From an uncultured delta proteobacterium (lineage in GTDB: Bacteria; Desulfobacterota; Binatia; Binatales; Binataceae), in the NCBI GenBank assembly GCA_963765675.1, contig CAVXXK010000001.1, positions 32,001 through 96,000 on the forward strand: DNA of 64,000 bases, written 5' to 3'. The notes below the pieces were generated by a model that was not told where the DNA came from, did not search any database, and saw only the letters and a list, made by a program, of their open reading frames with translations. Positions 1 through 10,212 of the stretch are shown piece after piece. Position 1 is the stretch's first letter; every line of letters starts with the position of its first letter. The translations under genes and the position numbers were made by a program.

Positions 1-71
1 TCAAGCGCTGTGGGGTGCAATCGCACCGGAAGGTCGGCTAATCTTCCACAGGAGGGGATGCGTCAAGGACG

Positions 72-1682
72 ATGGCGAAAGCGCGAAAGACAGCCAAGCC
101 GCGGAAGATTTTCGTTCCGGTGGTTCCACAAGGCGCGACTTGGATCGAAAGCGACAGCTACGACCGCCGCGCCTGGAGCGAGATTCTGTCCGGCACTCCT
201 GCGTTCAAGGACCTGACCGAGGCGGGCGGCGCGCTGGTCCCGCACTTCGACGCGCTGCTCGCGGATTTTTTCCTCGCGCTGTTCAAGTTCAACCTCGTAT
301 GGCACAAGCCCGGCGCCGTGCGCCGCGCGGCTGCCCTCAACCGCACAATCCTGGATGAAATTTTGCCTTCGCCCGCTTTCGAGGCGCTGAAAAACCGCAC
401 TCTGCTCGAAGAAGACAAGGCCGCGATCGCGGCGATTGTGCTCGGCGAGCGGGCGCTCGAAATGATTCGCAGCGAACGCTTCCTGAATCGGCGCGAGATG
501 GTCGATCTGTGGGATCTCGAGCATCAGGAACAGGACCTCGCCGCGCGCGCCGACGCGCTCAAGACGATCCAGGAGATGACCGAGAAGCCCGAAGAGGAAG
601 GCGCCGGCGGCAATCCCAAGGCGAGCGACGACGCAAAAAAGAAGATGGCTGCGATGCTCGAAACGGCGGCGCGCGCCGCGCAGGTCTCCGAGGCGCGGCT
701 CAATCAGAAATCACGGCAGGTCGAGAGCGATCTCAAGAATAGCGATCACACCGAACTGCGCCGGATGCAGCTCAAAGCCGGAGAACTCGCCGCCGAGATC
801 GATCGCGCCGCCGAGGACAGCCACGATTTCAGCCGCGAGTTCGGGCAAGGCGGACGGATGAACGCTGGCGAGCGGCTCGAGCTGGGACGCCATCTGGCGA
901 AAAGCCGCAAGCTCGGCGAGCTGGCGCGGATGGTCGGCCGCATGAAACAGGACGCGCGCGCGATTCGCCACAAGACGCTCGAGCGCGGCGTCGCCGAAGC
1001 CTACGATATCGAGCGCGGCGCCGACCTCGGCAGGATGATCCCGTCGGAGCTGGTCGCGATGCATCATCCAATTCTCGCGATCGATTTCCGTCGCCGTCTG
1101 CTCGAATCCGATCTTCTCCAATACCGGCTGCGCGACGACGAGCAGAAGGGCAAGGGCCCGATGATCGTTTGTATCGACGTCAGCTCCTCGATGCAGGGGG
1201 ACAAGGAGCTGTGGGCGAAGGCGGTGGGGCTGACGCTGATGGATATCGCGCGGCGCGGGCGGCGCCTTTTTCGCGCCGTGATGTTTTCCTCGGGCGACAC
1301 GAGCCTCAAGGTGCTCGATCTGAATCGCGAGCGGCGCTATCAACCCGAGCTCGCGAAGGTGATCGAGATGGCCGAATATTTTCCGGGCGGCGGCACCGAT
1401 TTTCAGCAGCCGCTCGACGCTGCCGTGGCGCTGCTCGAAGAGCGCAAGCTGAAGCGCGGCGATATCGTGATAATCACCGACGGAGAATCGCAAGTCGCGC
1501 CCGAGTGGCTCGCGCATCTGAAAGAGCGCAAGGAAGCTTTGCAATTTTCGATCTTCGGCGTGCTCGTCGATGTCGGATCGTCGGAGATGTCGTCGCTGCG
1601 GCAATTCGCCGACCGGATCACGTCGGTAAAAACGCTAAGCGACTCCGCCACCCGCGACATCTTTCTGCACGTGCAATCATGA
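72..1682 (+). CDS. VWA domain protein (ViaA/CoxE-like)
   Basis: 536 aa; C-terminal VWA with MIDAS DVSSSM, GGGTDF and IITDGES motifs; coiled-coil middle. Confidence 0.85.
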   Translation: MAKARKTAKPRKIFVPVVPQGATWIESDSYDRRAWSEILSGTPAFKDLTEAGGALVPHFDALLADFFLALFKFNLVWHKPGAVRRAAALNRTILDEILPSPAFEALKNRTLLEEDKAAIAAIVLGERALEMIRSERFLNRREMVDLWDLEHQEQDLAARADALKTIQEMTEKPEEEGAGGNPKASDDAKKKMAAMLETAARAAQVSEARLNQKSRQVESDLKNSDHTELRRMQLKAGELAAEIDRAAEDSHDFSREFGQGGRMNAGERLELGRHLAKSRKLGELARMVGRMKQDARAIRHKTLERGVAEAYDIERGADLGRMIPSELVAMHHPILAIDFRRRLLESDLLQYRLRDDEQKGKGPMIVCIDVSSSMQGDKELWAKAVGLTLMDIARRGRRLFRAVMFSSGDTSLKVLDLNRERRYQPELAKVIEMAEYFPGGGTDFQQPLDAAVALLEERKLKRGDIVIITDGESQVAPEWLAHLKERKEALQFSIFGVLVDVGSSEMSSLRQFADRITSVKTLSDSATRDIFLHVQS

Positions 1683-2182
1683 AATCGACCGAATCGAAAA
1701 TCGTGCTCGAGCCTATCGATCGCGGGAACTATCGCGCGCTGTTCAGGATGCAACTGCGGCCAGAGCAGGAGAACTTCGTCACTCCGCCGCGATGGACCCT
1801 CGCGCGATGCTACGTGCGGATGTTCGGCGACAACTTCGAGCATCTGCCGCATCTCATCCGCGCGGAGGGTAAAGTCGTCGGCTACTGTACCACCGTGTGC
1901 GATGCGGCAAGCGAGGAAGAGTACTGGATCGACGACATCATGATCGACGCCGTGCATCAGAGAAAAGGCTACGGACGCGCCGCGATGCGCGATACGATCG
2001 CGATGATCGCGGCGCGCTATCCGCGATGCCGCGCCGTCCAGCTCACCTGTTTCCGCGACAACCTCAACGCAGCGGCGCTGTACAAGAGCCTCGGCTTCGA
2101 GCCAACCGGCGCAGTAGATAACGAGTTCGGCGAACCAAACTACATCCTGCGCGGCGCAGCCCTCGACGCCTTCCGCCGCTGA
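1679..2182 (+). CDS. GNAT family N-acetyltransferase (spermidine/diamine acetyltransferase-like)
   Basis: ATG overlaps upstream TGA (ATGA); acetyl-CoA motif HQRKGYGR and NLNAAALYKSLGF. Confidence 0.85.
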   Translation: MKSTESKIVLEPIDRGNYRALFRMQLRPEQENFVTPPRWTLARCYVRMFGDNFEHLPHLIRAEGKVVGYCTTVCDAASEEEYWIDDIMIDAVHQRKGYGRAAMRDTIAMIAARYPRCRAVQLTCFRDNLNAAALYKSLGFEPTGAVDNEFGEPNYILRGAALDAFRR

Positions 2183-2194
2183 GCCTCGCCCTCT

Positions 2195-2373
2195 GTCTGA
2201 TTCCTCGCCCAGTATGGGAGAGGTTAGGTGAGGGACCTTATTCAGCGCGGCGCTCGAGCGCCGCGCGATTATAAAGAAAGCTCTGAGCAAGGCCGCCCTC
2301 ACCCACGCGTCACGATGCTTGCGAAAAGAATCGCAAGCATCGCGCCACGCCGCCCTCTGCCGGGGGAGCGTAC
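2195..2373 (+). repeat. Dispersed palindromic intergenic repeat family A (BoxC-like), copy 1
   Basis: Closely matches reverse complement of 17652-17834 and partly 29702-29777; internal hairpins such as cgatgcttgcga-aaagaa-tcgcaagcatcg. Confidence 0.85.
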
Positions 2374-2400
2374 CCAGCAGCGATCCGCAGCAGAAAAAAT

Positions 2401-2433
2401 AAAAGGGCCGGCGATTTGATCGCCGGCCCTTTT
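2401..2433. terminator. Bidirectional rho-independent terminator
   Basis: aaaagggccggcgat-ttg-atcgccggccctttt between convergent genes. Confidence 0.8.
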
Positions 2434-2457
2434 CCTGACATTTCGCGAACTTCGCGC

Positions 2458-3456
2458 TTACGCCGCTGAGGCCATCTCCATCACGCCGAGCTGCTTATAC
2501 CAGGACTCGGTGCGATCGTTGATCAGATCAAGCTGGCGCAGGCACGGGATGATCGTGTCGACGAACAGGAACGAGTTGAACTGGCGATCGAGCTGGCTCT
2601 CGGCCTCGGCCCACGCCGGATTACGATGCATCTCGTCCTCGATATCTTTCATCGAGATACCGACCTCTTCAAACACTGAGCTGCCCGACAGGAAGCCGTC
2701 GCGCGGCACGCCGTCTTCGACCTTGGTCACCATCAGATCGCACGCGGTGAAGGAAAATTCCTCGAGCTCCTTCTTTTCCTTGCCGTGAAGCTTGCGGACC
2801 GCGTCGCGCAGCGCGAGCATCCCGAAGCCCACGTGGCGCGACTCGTCCTTCATGATGTACTCGAGCAGCTCCTTGAGCAGATCGTCCTTGGTCTCGCGCT
2901 GCATGAAACGGAACGCCGCAATCGCCAGCCCCTCGGCGACAATCTGCATCCCGACGTACTTCGGCTCCCATCGCTCGTTCTTCATGATCGCAGTAAGCAG
3001 CTTTTCCAGCGTCGGATCGATCGGATAGATGCGATCGAGCTTGGTGATGTACTTGCGGAAGCCCTCGACGTGGCGGGCTTCATCGAAGACCTGCGCCGCG
3101 GCGTTCATCTTCGCGTCCAGGTCGGGAACCGCATCGACGAGCTGTCCGCATACCAGCAACGCGCCCTGCTCTCCGTGCAGAAACTGCGACAGCCGCCATG
3201 CCGCGAATTTGCGGTTGAGCTGAAGCTTCTTCTCCTCGGACAGCGAGCGATAAAGCTCCGTCTGGAACATCGGCATGATCGTCATGTCGAGAACTTCCTT
3301 CTCGATCGGCCGGTCCCAGTTGATCGTGGTCGAGACGTTCCACTGATCGCGCTTGGCGTTCTCGTACAGGCGGTCCATCTGCGGAAACCGCACTTCGTAG
3401 TTCCAATCGAACACGCTGTCGAGCGGGGTGTGTACGTCAGTCCGTTCGTGAGCCAT
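2458..3456 (-). CDS. Ferritin-like diiron protein (AurF-like/diiron oxygenase family)
   Basis: HGEQGA, DEARH and DESRH diiron ExxH motifs. Confidence 0.8.
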   Translation of the reverse strand: MAHERTDVHTPLDSVFDWNYEVRFPQMDRLYENAKRDQWNVSTTINWDRPIEKEVLDMTIMPMFQTELYRSLSEEKKLQLNRKFAAWRLSQFLHGEQGALLVCGQLVDAVPDLDAKMNAAAQVFDEARHVEGFRKYITKLDRIYPIDPTLEKLLTAIMKNERWEPKYVGMQIVAEGLAIAAFRFMQRETKDDLLKELLEYIMKDESRHVGFGMLALRDAVRKLHGKEKKELEEFSFTACDLMVTKVEDGVPRDGFLSGSSVFEEVGISMKDIEDEMHRNPAWAEAESQLDRQFNSFLFVDTIIPCLRQLDLINDRTESWYKQLGVMEMASAA

Positions 3457-3473
3457 AAAAAATCCTCCAGTAA

Positions 3474-4088
3474 TTAACGGTTCTCGAGACGAACAGCTCG
3501 TTCGAGTCCGCCTAATGCGAAGTTAACGGTCGCGTCCTTGAGTTCGTCGAGCGGCAGATCGCCGCGTTCCAAAAGCCACGAGATCGCTTGCGACAGCATC
3601 CCGATCGTCAGATTAGCAACCACTTCCGCGCGCGCGCCGATCGCCGGCGCGAGTTCGTCGCGTAAGTCGTTGATAAAAGTCTCATGCACCCGAACCATCA
3701 GGTCCAGGAATGCCGGGCTATGCCCAAATACGATCCGGAAGCCCTCTGGATTCTCGGCGGCGGCGTCGAGAATCGTGCTGATCGTGATGCGCAGCATGTC
3801 CGCCGGGCTGTCGAACCCCTTTTTTGCTTCGGCCAATTTCTCGCGCAGCGACTGCGCGCCGTTCGCGGTGAGCTCGATGAAGATTTCGTTTTTGGTCTTG
3901 AAGTGAAGATAGAAGGTGCCGAGACCCACGTCGGCGTCGGTCGCGATATCGGCGATCCGCGTGTCGTGGTAGCCCTTGCGCGCGATTACACGTTCGGCAG
4001 CCTCCAAGAGATCAACCCGCGTCTTCTCACGACGTCGATCAAACCGGGTCGGTGCCTGCTCACTCGCCTTACGTGCAACTTCCGCCAT
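3474..4088 (-). CDS. TetR/AcrR family regulator
   Basis: N-terminal HTH IADIATDADVGLGTFYLHFKTK. Confidence 0.9.
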   Translation of the reverse strand: MAEVARKASEQAPTRFDRRREKTRVDLLEAAERVIARKGYHDTRIADIATDADVGLGTFYLHFKTKNEIFIELTANGAQSLREKLAEAKKGFDSPADMLRITISTILDAAAENPEGFRIVFGHSPAFLDLMVRVHETFINDLRDELAPAIGARAEVVANLTIGMLSQAISWLLERGDLPLDELKDATVNFALGGLERAVRLENR

Positions 4089-4092
4089 TAAC

Positions 4093-4160
4093 TGAATATG
4101 TACTCGATTATGAATCTTGAGTCAAACACGACCGCGACTTCAATTATGAAATATTATTCA
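4093..4160 (-). promoter_or_regulatory. Promoter of tetR-diiron operon with candidate TetR operators
   Basis: Minus strand TTGACT-N17-TACATA, 8 nt before ATG (leaderless-like); imperfect TGAA..TCA palindromes at 4093-4106, 4111-4124 and 4147-4160. Confidence 0.55.
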
Positions 4161-4238
4161 GTTATGAGCTGAGACTCGGCAAAAGTTCCGCGTAGTAGAA
4201 CCGTTGTCTAGGCTTAGGCCCAATCGATCGGGAGTAGG

Positions 4239-4967
4239 CTAATTGCCGCCGGGAGGCTCGTCGGGCGGCTGGTCCGAGGTACCCGGACTGTCAGGCGAGC
4301 TTTCGTCGGGTGTGACTTCTTCCGGGACGATTACCGGCTCGGTGAAATCGGCCGCCAGGTTGCAGCACATCACGTAACTCGAACCCGCGCGCGGCTGAGC
4401 GGCGTAGGCCTCGAGCGATCCATCGGCAAGGACCTTTACCGCCTGGTAGCTGGTCGAACCCGACGCGCGTTCGATCGTGAAGACATAGAATGAGCCGCGG
4501 TCGAGTGGTTCCGGCGGCCCTTCGTCCGGAATCATCTGCTGGTAGTGCGAGGGGAGTTTTCCGTACTCGAGGTTCTTCGGCGCGTAGTCTGCCTTTCCGA
4601 ATGCAGAAATCTCCTCGGTGATGCCGCGGTCAGATTTTATATCCCAGATGGGCACACCGCCGTCGAAGCGGACCACCGAGGCGACCTTGCCGCCGCTTCC
4701 CGCCGCGTTCGCGATAATCTCGGCGCCGAAGAATTTCGTCACCGTCGCGCGCACAAGCGTGTCGCCGCTCTTGTGATAGGTGATTTCGACGGTGGCCTTC
4801 GGCGGCGGCATCGGCTCGCCCGGTCCGGCGTCGGCGGTGTCGTCGGTGTCGTCGTTGTTGGTTGTCGAGCAGCCCGCGACCATGAGCGCAACCATCAGAA
4901 TGGCGGCGATCGCGCTGGCCCATAGGCGCCGTCGTGCACTGGCGCGCAGTTCATTATGCATCAGCAT
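4239..4967 (-). CDS. Hypothetical lipoprotein
   Basis: Signal peptide with lipobox VAGC; acidic, Pro-rich tail. Confidence 0.65.
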   Translation of the reverse strand: MLMHNELRASARRRLWASAIAAILMVALMVAGCSTTNNDDTDDTADAGPGEPMPPPKATVEITYHKSGDTLVRATVTKFFGAEIIANAAGSGGKVASVVRFDGGVPIWDIKSDRGITEEISAFGKADYAPKNLEYGKLPSHYQQMIPDEGPPEPLDRGSFYVFTIERASGSTSYQAVKVLADGSLEAYAAQPRAGSSYVMCCNLAADFTEPVIVPEEVTPDESSPDSPGTSDQPPDEPPGGN

Positions 4968-4993
4968 ACCGATCGGCTAGTCTCTGCGGCCGG

Positions 4994-6370
4994 GTGGACA
5001 TCGGGGATAAAAGCGAAAAGATCGGGCTCCGGCCTCTTCTAATCTACGCACAGGGACAGACCGGCCTCAACCTGTGCGCGACGCTTTCCGCGATGCATCT
5101 GCTGTATTTCTACAGCGATCGGCGCGGATTGTCGCCGGCGCTGGCCGGACTCGCATTTTTTATCGCGCTGGTGCTCGACGCTCTGACCGACCCGCTGGTC
5201 GGCAATATTTCGGACAGTGCGCGCTTCAAGTCGGGACGCCGGCGGCCGTTTTTTCTGACCGCGATCCCGATGGGTATCTGCTACTACCTGCTGCTCTCGC
5301 CGCCGGCGTTGAACAAGGGACTGTTCGCGTGGTTCCTGGTTTTCTACTTCCTGCAACTGACCTCGCGGAAGTTTTACGAGACCGCGTACGGCGCGCTGAT
5401 GCCCGAGTTGACGCTCGACTACGACGAGCGCACCCGCCTTTCTACCTATCGGCAACTGTTCGGTACGGCGGGCGATATCAGCGGAGCGCTGCTGCCGTTC
5501 GCCGCCGCCTGGATTTTCGCGAAGGGACTCGATTTCCAGATCACCGGCGGCGTCTGCGCGGTGATCGTCGCGGGCGGTGCTCTGTTCGCCTACGTCAATC
5601 TGCGCGAGCGACCGGGCTTCGCCGACCGCGAACGCTTCAACCTGCGCGAGTCGATGAAGAGCGCGCTCGCGAACCGCCCGTTTATCATCCTGATGCTCGC
5701 GACCACGCTCGCGATCATGGCGATCAATATCCCGACCGTCCTGATCCGCTTCCTGGCGAAGTATTGGGTGCATGACGAAAACGCGGCCGCACGGTGGCTT
5801 ATCGCGTACTTCGCGGGCTCGATGGTTTCGTATCCGTTCTGGTTTCGGATCACGGTGCGGTTCGAGAAAAAGCCCGCGTACGTCGTCGCGATGCTCGCCA
5901 ATGCGAGTTGCTCGCTGATGTTCATGCTGCTCACTCCGCGCAACACGCTGTGGATGCTGGTGCTGATGGTGCTCAGCGGATTTTCCGCGATCGGAATCTG
6001 GGTGACGCAGATGTCCGCCGCCGCCGACGTGATCGAATGGGACGAAGAGCGGACCGGACGCCGGCAGGAAGGCGCGTACGGCGGAATCACCTCGATGGGA
6101 ATAAAAATCGCGACCGCGCTCTCACTGGTCCTGGTCGGTCCGGTGATGGGATGGATCGGCTACCGGCCCGGGATGGCCGAGCTGCCGCGCGCGGCGGCCG
6201 AAAATCTGCGCACGCTGTTCGCGGTCGCGCCGGCGATAATTTATGTGCTGAGCGCGATCGTGTTTGCGCGCTATCCAATCACCCGCGCCAGCCATCGCGC
6301 GATGCGCGATCGCCTGGCCGCCCGCGGCGCTCCCGGCGAAGAAGCACCCGCCGAAAAATCGATCGCGTGA
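4994..6370 (+). CDS. MFS transporter, glycoside-pentoside-hexuronide (MelB/GPH) family
   Basis: DALTDPLVGNISD, GRRRPF, ELTLDYDERTRLS and GRRQEG motifs; about 12 TM segments; GTG start inferred. Confidence 0.85.
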   Translation: MDIGDKSEKIGLRPLLIYAQGQTGLNLCATLSAMHLLYFYSDRRGLSPALAGLAFFIALVLDALTDPLVGNISDSARFKSGRRRPFFLTAIPMGICYYLLLSPPALNKGLFAWFLVFYFLQLTSRKFYETAYGALMPELTLDYDERTRLSTYRQLFGTAGDISGALLPFAAAWIFAKGLDFQITGGVCAVIVAGGALFAYVNLRERPGFADRERFNLRESMKSALANRPFIILMLATTLAIMAINIPTVLIRFLAKYWVHDENAAARWLIAYFAGSMVSYPFWFRITVRFEKKPAYVVAMLANASCSLMFMLLTPRNTLWMLVLMVLSGFSAIGIWVTQMSAAADVIEWDEERTGRRQEGAYGGITSMGIKIATALSLVLVGPVMGWIGYRPGMAELPRAAAENLRTLFAVAPAIIYVLSAIVFARYPITRASHRAMRDRLAARGAPGEEAPAEKSIA

Positions 6371-6419
6371 AAGGTCTGCTTGAGCCTGTTCGCCAGCGGC
6401 GGTAAACAACGTCAATCCG
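6291..6419 (+). repeat. Direct repeat, left boundary of Rhs islet (3' end of MFS gene plus downstream)
   Basis: Imperfect ~129 bp direct repeat with 10636-10763. Confidence 0.9.
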
Positions 6420-6473
6420 CCAGCACATGAGCCCGCACAAACGCAGGCACCGCCCTACTGCGCCAACGGCAAC

Positions 6474-8033
6474 GTGACCACCTACACTTACGATCCGATG
6501 GATCGCCGCGCATCAAGGACCGATGCGCTGGGCGCCGTGGAGAGCTACGCCTACGACGGAATGAGTAACCTTACCAGCCACACGGATCGCAATGGGAACG
6601 TAACCAGCTACAGCTACGACGGGCTGAACCGCAGGACGTTTGCGGGTTTTGGATACAACGGCAGCGGGTATCAGAGCACGATTAACTATACGTGGGACGG
6701 GGGCGACCGCCTGACGCAGGTGGTGGATTCAATTGCGGGAACCATCTCGCGGACTTACGACGGGCTCGACGACCTGACCGACGAGCAGACGCCGACGGGC
6801 GAGGTCAGCTACGCGTATGACAACGCGAGGAGGCGGACGTCGATGACGGTGGTGGGGCAGCCTGCGGCGGCCTCCTACGCGTGGGACAACGCCAACCGAT
6901 TGACCGGAATTACCCAGGGGAGCGCGTCGGTTGCGTTCAATTATGACAGCGCGAGCCGAAGGACTACGCTGACGCTGCCCAACGGGATCGAGGTGGGGTA
7001 TAGTTACGACAACAACTCGCGGATAAGCGGGATGACCTGGACGTTGGCCGGCAACCAGATCGGAGACCTCGAGTACGATTACGATGCGGATGGGCGCGTG
7101 GTCGAGAAGACGGGGAGCCTCGCGCAGACCAACCTGCCGCAGCCGGTGACCGGAAATACCTTCAATGCCGATAACGAGATGACGGCGTTCAACGGCACTC
7201 CGATGACTTACGACGCAAACGGCAACCTGCTCAACGATGGGAGCAACGCCTACGCTTGGGATGCGCGCAATCATCTGAGCGCGATCAGCGGTGCGAATGC
7301 AGCCAGTTTCGTCTATGACCCGTTGGGGCGGCGGATCAGCAAGACTATCGGGAGTACGACGACGAGCTTCCTGTACGATGGGCTCAACCCAGTACAGGAA
7401 CTTCAATCGGGCGCGCCGAGCGCGAACATGCTGACGGGGCTCGGGATCGACGAATACTTCCAGCGCAGCGATGCCTCGGGTGCGAGCAGCTACCTGACAG
7501 ATGCGCTGGGCAGCACGCTGGCGCTCGCAAACCCGGCGGGCGGCTTAGCGACCAGCTATACGTATGATCCGTTTGGGACCACTGCGGTGTCGGGTTCGGG
7601 TACAAATCCCTTCCAGTTCACCGGCCGAGAAAATGACCTCAACGGTCTTTATTATTTGCGTGCCCGTTACTACAACCCAGCGTTGCAGCGATTCCTGAGT
7701 CAGGATCCCATAGGAGTCCGAGGCGGGATGAATCTTTATGGCTATGTCGGAAATAACCCTGTAAACTCTTTCGATTTGTTGGGATTGGGCGGTACACCCT
7801 CGACGACGCCCACGCCGACCAGTTGTCCAACGCCGATTCCCGTGGATCCAACCCAGGCACCAACAACATGCCAAAAGCACCTAGCCTGTGAAATAGGATG
7901 GGAGGGCACATGTGACCAGTGCAACGAATTCGAGAATCCCCAGCCGGTATTTGTTTGTCACGTTGGCTGTGTCATTACAGGGGCGGTAGTATGCGAGATT
8001 GAGTTTCCCTGCAGCCTCCGGGGTAATGACTGA
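6474..8033 (+). CDS. N-terminally truncated Rhs/YD-repeat protein with Cys-rich C-terminal tip
   Basis: YD repeats; core motif NPFQFTGRE..GLYYLRARYYNP..RFLSQDPIG..NNPVNSFDLLG; ~80 aa tip with 9 Cys. Confidence 0.9.
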   Translation: MTTYTYDPMDRRASRTDALGAVESYAYDGMSNLTSHTDRNGNVTSYSYDGLNRRTFAGFGYNGSGYQSTINYTWDGGDRLTQVVDSIAGTISRTYDGLDDLTDEQTPTGEVSYAYDNARRRTSMTVVGQPAAASYAWDNANRLTGITQGSASVAFNYDSASRRTTLTLPNGIEVGYSYDNNSRISGMTWTLAGNQIGDLEYDYDADGRVVEKTGSLAQTNLPQPVTGNTFNADNEMTAFNGTPMTYDANGNLLNDGSNAYAWDARNHLSAISGANAASFVYDPLGRRISKTIGSTTTSFLYDGLNPVQELQSGAPSANMLTGLGIDEYFQRSDASGASSYLTDALGSTLALANPAGGLATSYTYDPFGTTAVSGSGTNPFQFTGRENDLNGLYYLRARYYNPALQRFLSQDPIGVRGGMNLYGYVGNNPVNSFDLLGLGGTPSTTPTPTSCPTPIPVDPTQAPTTCQKHLACEIGWEGTCDQCNEFENPQPVFVCHVGCVITGAVVCEIEFPCSLRGND

Positions 8034-8218
8034 TTGAGTATAGGCTCCTACCAGCAGACGCTATCCATGGCTATCACACGAAAGCAGTATTACTAAGAGG
8101 TGGCTTGCCGTTTCCCATAGATGGGCACGAGTGATTAGCAACTATCAAGTGCTAAGTTGTTTATGAGAATAGATCTCGTAAGTATTAGTGGTTGTAAACG
8201 TAGCTTATAGGCATTGAA

Positions 8219-8635
8219 ATGCGGGGTGAGAAGAAATATGTCGGCAAGCATGTAGCACTTTTCATTGGTGTAGTGTACGCGATTATCTGGTATCGAATTC
8301 CATATATAGCGGCTGGAGAAGGCTGGCTTAGTGTCTACTTGCCAGCCATTTCTCTGCTATTTGCGGTAATGCTCGTGCTCACGCTCTATTCCGATGACAC
8401 GCCATGGTTGAATCTGACATACTTTTTCCCGGGCGTGATCATCGGCGTATCTATCGATACTCTAGTGTTCCACAGCAAGGCCTCGAGAATTGCGTGGCTA
8501 TTCGAATCCCTAAGCCTTTGCGTGTTTCTAGCACCGATCGCTGTTTTGGCGACAGCGCTTGGTCGCTGGATTAGCAGGAGACGGAAAAGGCCTGGCAATG
8601 AAATTCCTGTTCATGATGAAAGCGAGACTCCATGA
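8219..8635 (+). CDS. Membrane protein, putative Rhs immunity protein
   Basis: Lower-GC ORF downstream of the Rhs tip; about 4 hydrophobic segments. Confidence 0.55.
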   Translation: MRGEKKYVGKHVALFIGVVYAIIWYRIPYIAAGEGWLSVYLPAISLLFAVMLVLTLYSDDTPWLNLTYFFPGVIIGVSIDTLVFHSKASRIAWLFESLSLCVFLAPIAVLATALGRWISRRRKRPGNEIPVHDESETP

Positions 8636-8715
8636 GATCGGCGGGGGAACGGAGTGATCATCCTCCAGTGCGTTGACAAAGCAAGCGAGAAGGTTCGACC
8701 GGTGCGCGTACGCGA

Positions 8716-8961
8716 CTGGCGATCACACTATACGTTAGAAGCCTAGGGCGGACGGTGAACGGTTACGATCTCGTCGAGATGTTCTCTGAGGTTGGTAAAG
8801 TCCTGAGTTCGCAGATCATCTATGACCGCAAGACGAATCGTTCGCGGGGATTTGGCTTTCTCTTCGCGATCCGTTTTCTCGCGGCGTTTTCTCTGGTTGC
8901 TCTCGTGAGACCCAGCGATATCATTCGAAGTTGGAGATACCGTCCAGGCGATCCGCTCTGA
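8716..8961 (+). pseudogene. RRM RNA-binding protein remnant
   Basis: LYVRSL (RNP2-like) and DRKTNRSRGFGF (RNP1); no good start codon, diverges after RNP1. Confidence 0.6.
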
Positions 8962-9094
8962 GAAGGAACTCGTAGCAGTCGTGGTGCGCTCGAGAAGCAC
9001 CCTGGCTAGCGAAACATGTTCCGGCGAATAATGCTAGGGTTCGACGGTCTTCCAGAACGGGTTAGAAAATATTCCTTACAAACTCACAGTTGCA

Positions 9095-10156
9095 TTCGGC
9101 TACAACGGGAGCGGCTATCAGAGCACGATCGGCTACACCTGGGACGGGGGTGACCGTCTGACGCAGGTGGTCGATTCAATTGCGGGAACGATCGCGCGGA
9201 CCTATGACGGGCTCGACGACCTGACCGACGAGCAGACGCCGCCGGGCGAGGTCAGCTACGGGTATGACAACGCGAGGCGGCGGACGTCGATGACTGTTGT
9301 GGGGCAACCTGCGGCGGCATCATACGCGTGGGACAACGCGAACCGGCTGACCGGAATTACCCAAGGGAGCGCTTCGGTTGCGTTCAATTATGACAGCGCG
9401 AGCCGAAGGACAACGCTGACGCTGCCCAACGGAATTGTGGTGGCGTATAGTTATGATAAAGATTCGCGGGTAAGCGCGATGACCTGGACGTTGGCTGGCA
9501 ACCAGATTGGAGACCTCGAGTACGATTACGATCCGGACGGACGCGTGATCGAGAAGACGGGGAGCATGGCGGCGACCAATCTGCCGCAGCCGGTGACTGG
9601 AAACGCCTTCAATGCGGACAACGAGATGACGGCGTTCAACGGTACCGCGTTGAGCTACGATCCGAACGGCAACCTGCTCAACGATGGGAGCAACACCTAC
9701 GCCTGGGACACGCGCAATCATCTGAGCGCGATCACGGGCGCAAATACCGCGAGCTTCGTCTATGACCCGTTCGGGCGGCGGATGAGCAAGACGATTGGAG
9801 GAGCGGCGACGAGTTTCCTCTACGACGGCCTAAATCCCGTGCAAGAGCTTCAAGCTGGAACGCCGAGTGCAAACATGTTTACGGGACTGGGGATCGACGA
9901 ATACTTTCAGCGTACCGACGCCTCGGGTGCGAGCAGTTATCTCACAGATGCGCTCGGCAGCACACTCGCATTGGCAAACTCGGCAGGCAGCCTCGCGACC
10001 AGCTACAACAAGGCCTTGGTTAGCTGTCTTGAAGGTTTGCGTGACGATCCGCACAACTGGCCTTTCCCGCCGGATCCAAGTGACGATCCGGGAGACATTG
10101 GCGCACATGAGTATAGAGAAGGCGCAATCTATATATTCCAGCATGGGGTGTGGTGA
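9095..10156 (+). pseudogene. Orphan Rhs fragment: paralogous core fused to a different C-terminal tail
   Basis: 9095-10005 aligns with 6648-7558; lacks the terminal core/DPxG motif and jumps to an unrelated tail. Confidence 0.8.
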
Positions 10157-10212
10157 TCTATCAATCGAACGGAAGGAGGGGGCTGACTGTGGGGGCCGCT
10201 GACGATAAGCAA

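Noticed and set aside
2228-2419. Small ORFs MRDLIQRGA.. at 2228 and 17586-17801
   Set aside because: Translations of repeat family A, not genes
6648-10005. Rhs duplicate pair as a diversity-generating retroelement TR/VR
   Set aside because: Differences are not adenine-specific and no reverse transcriptase is present
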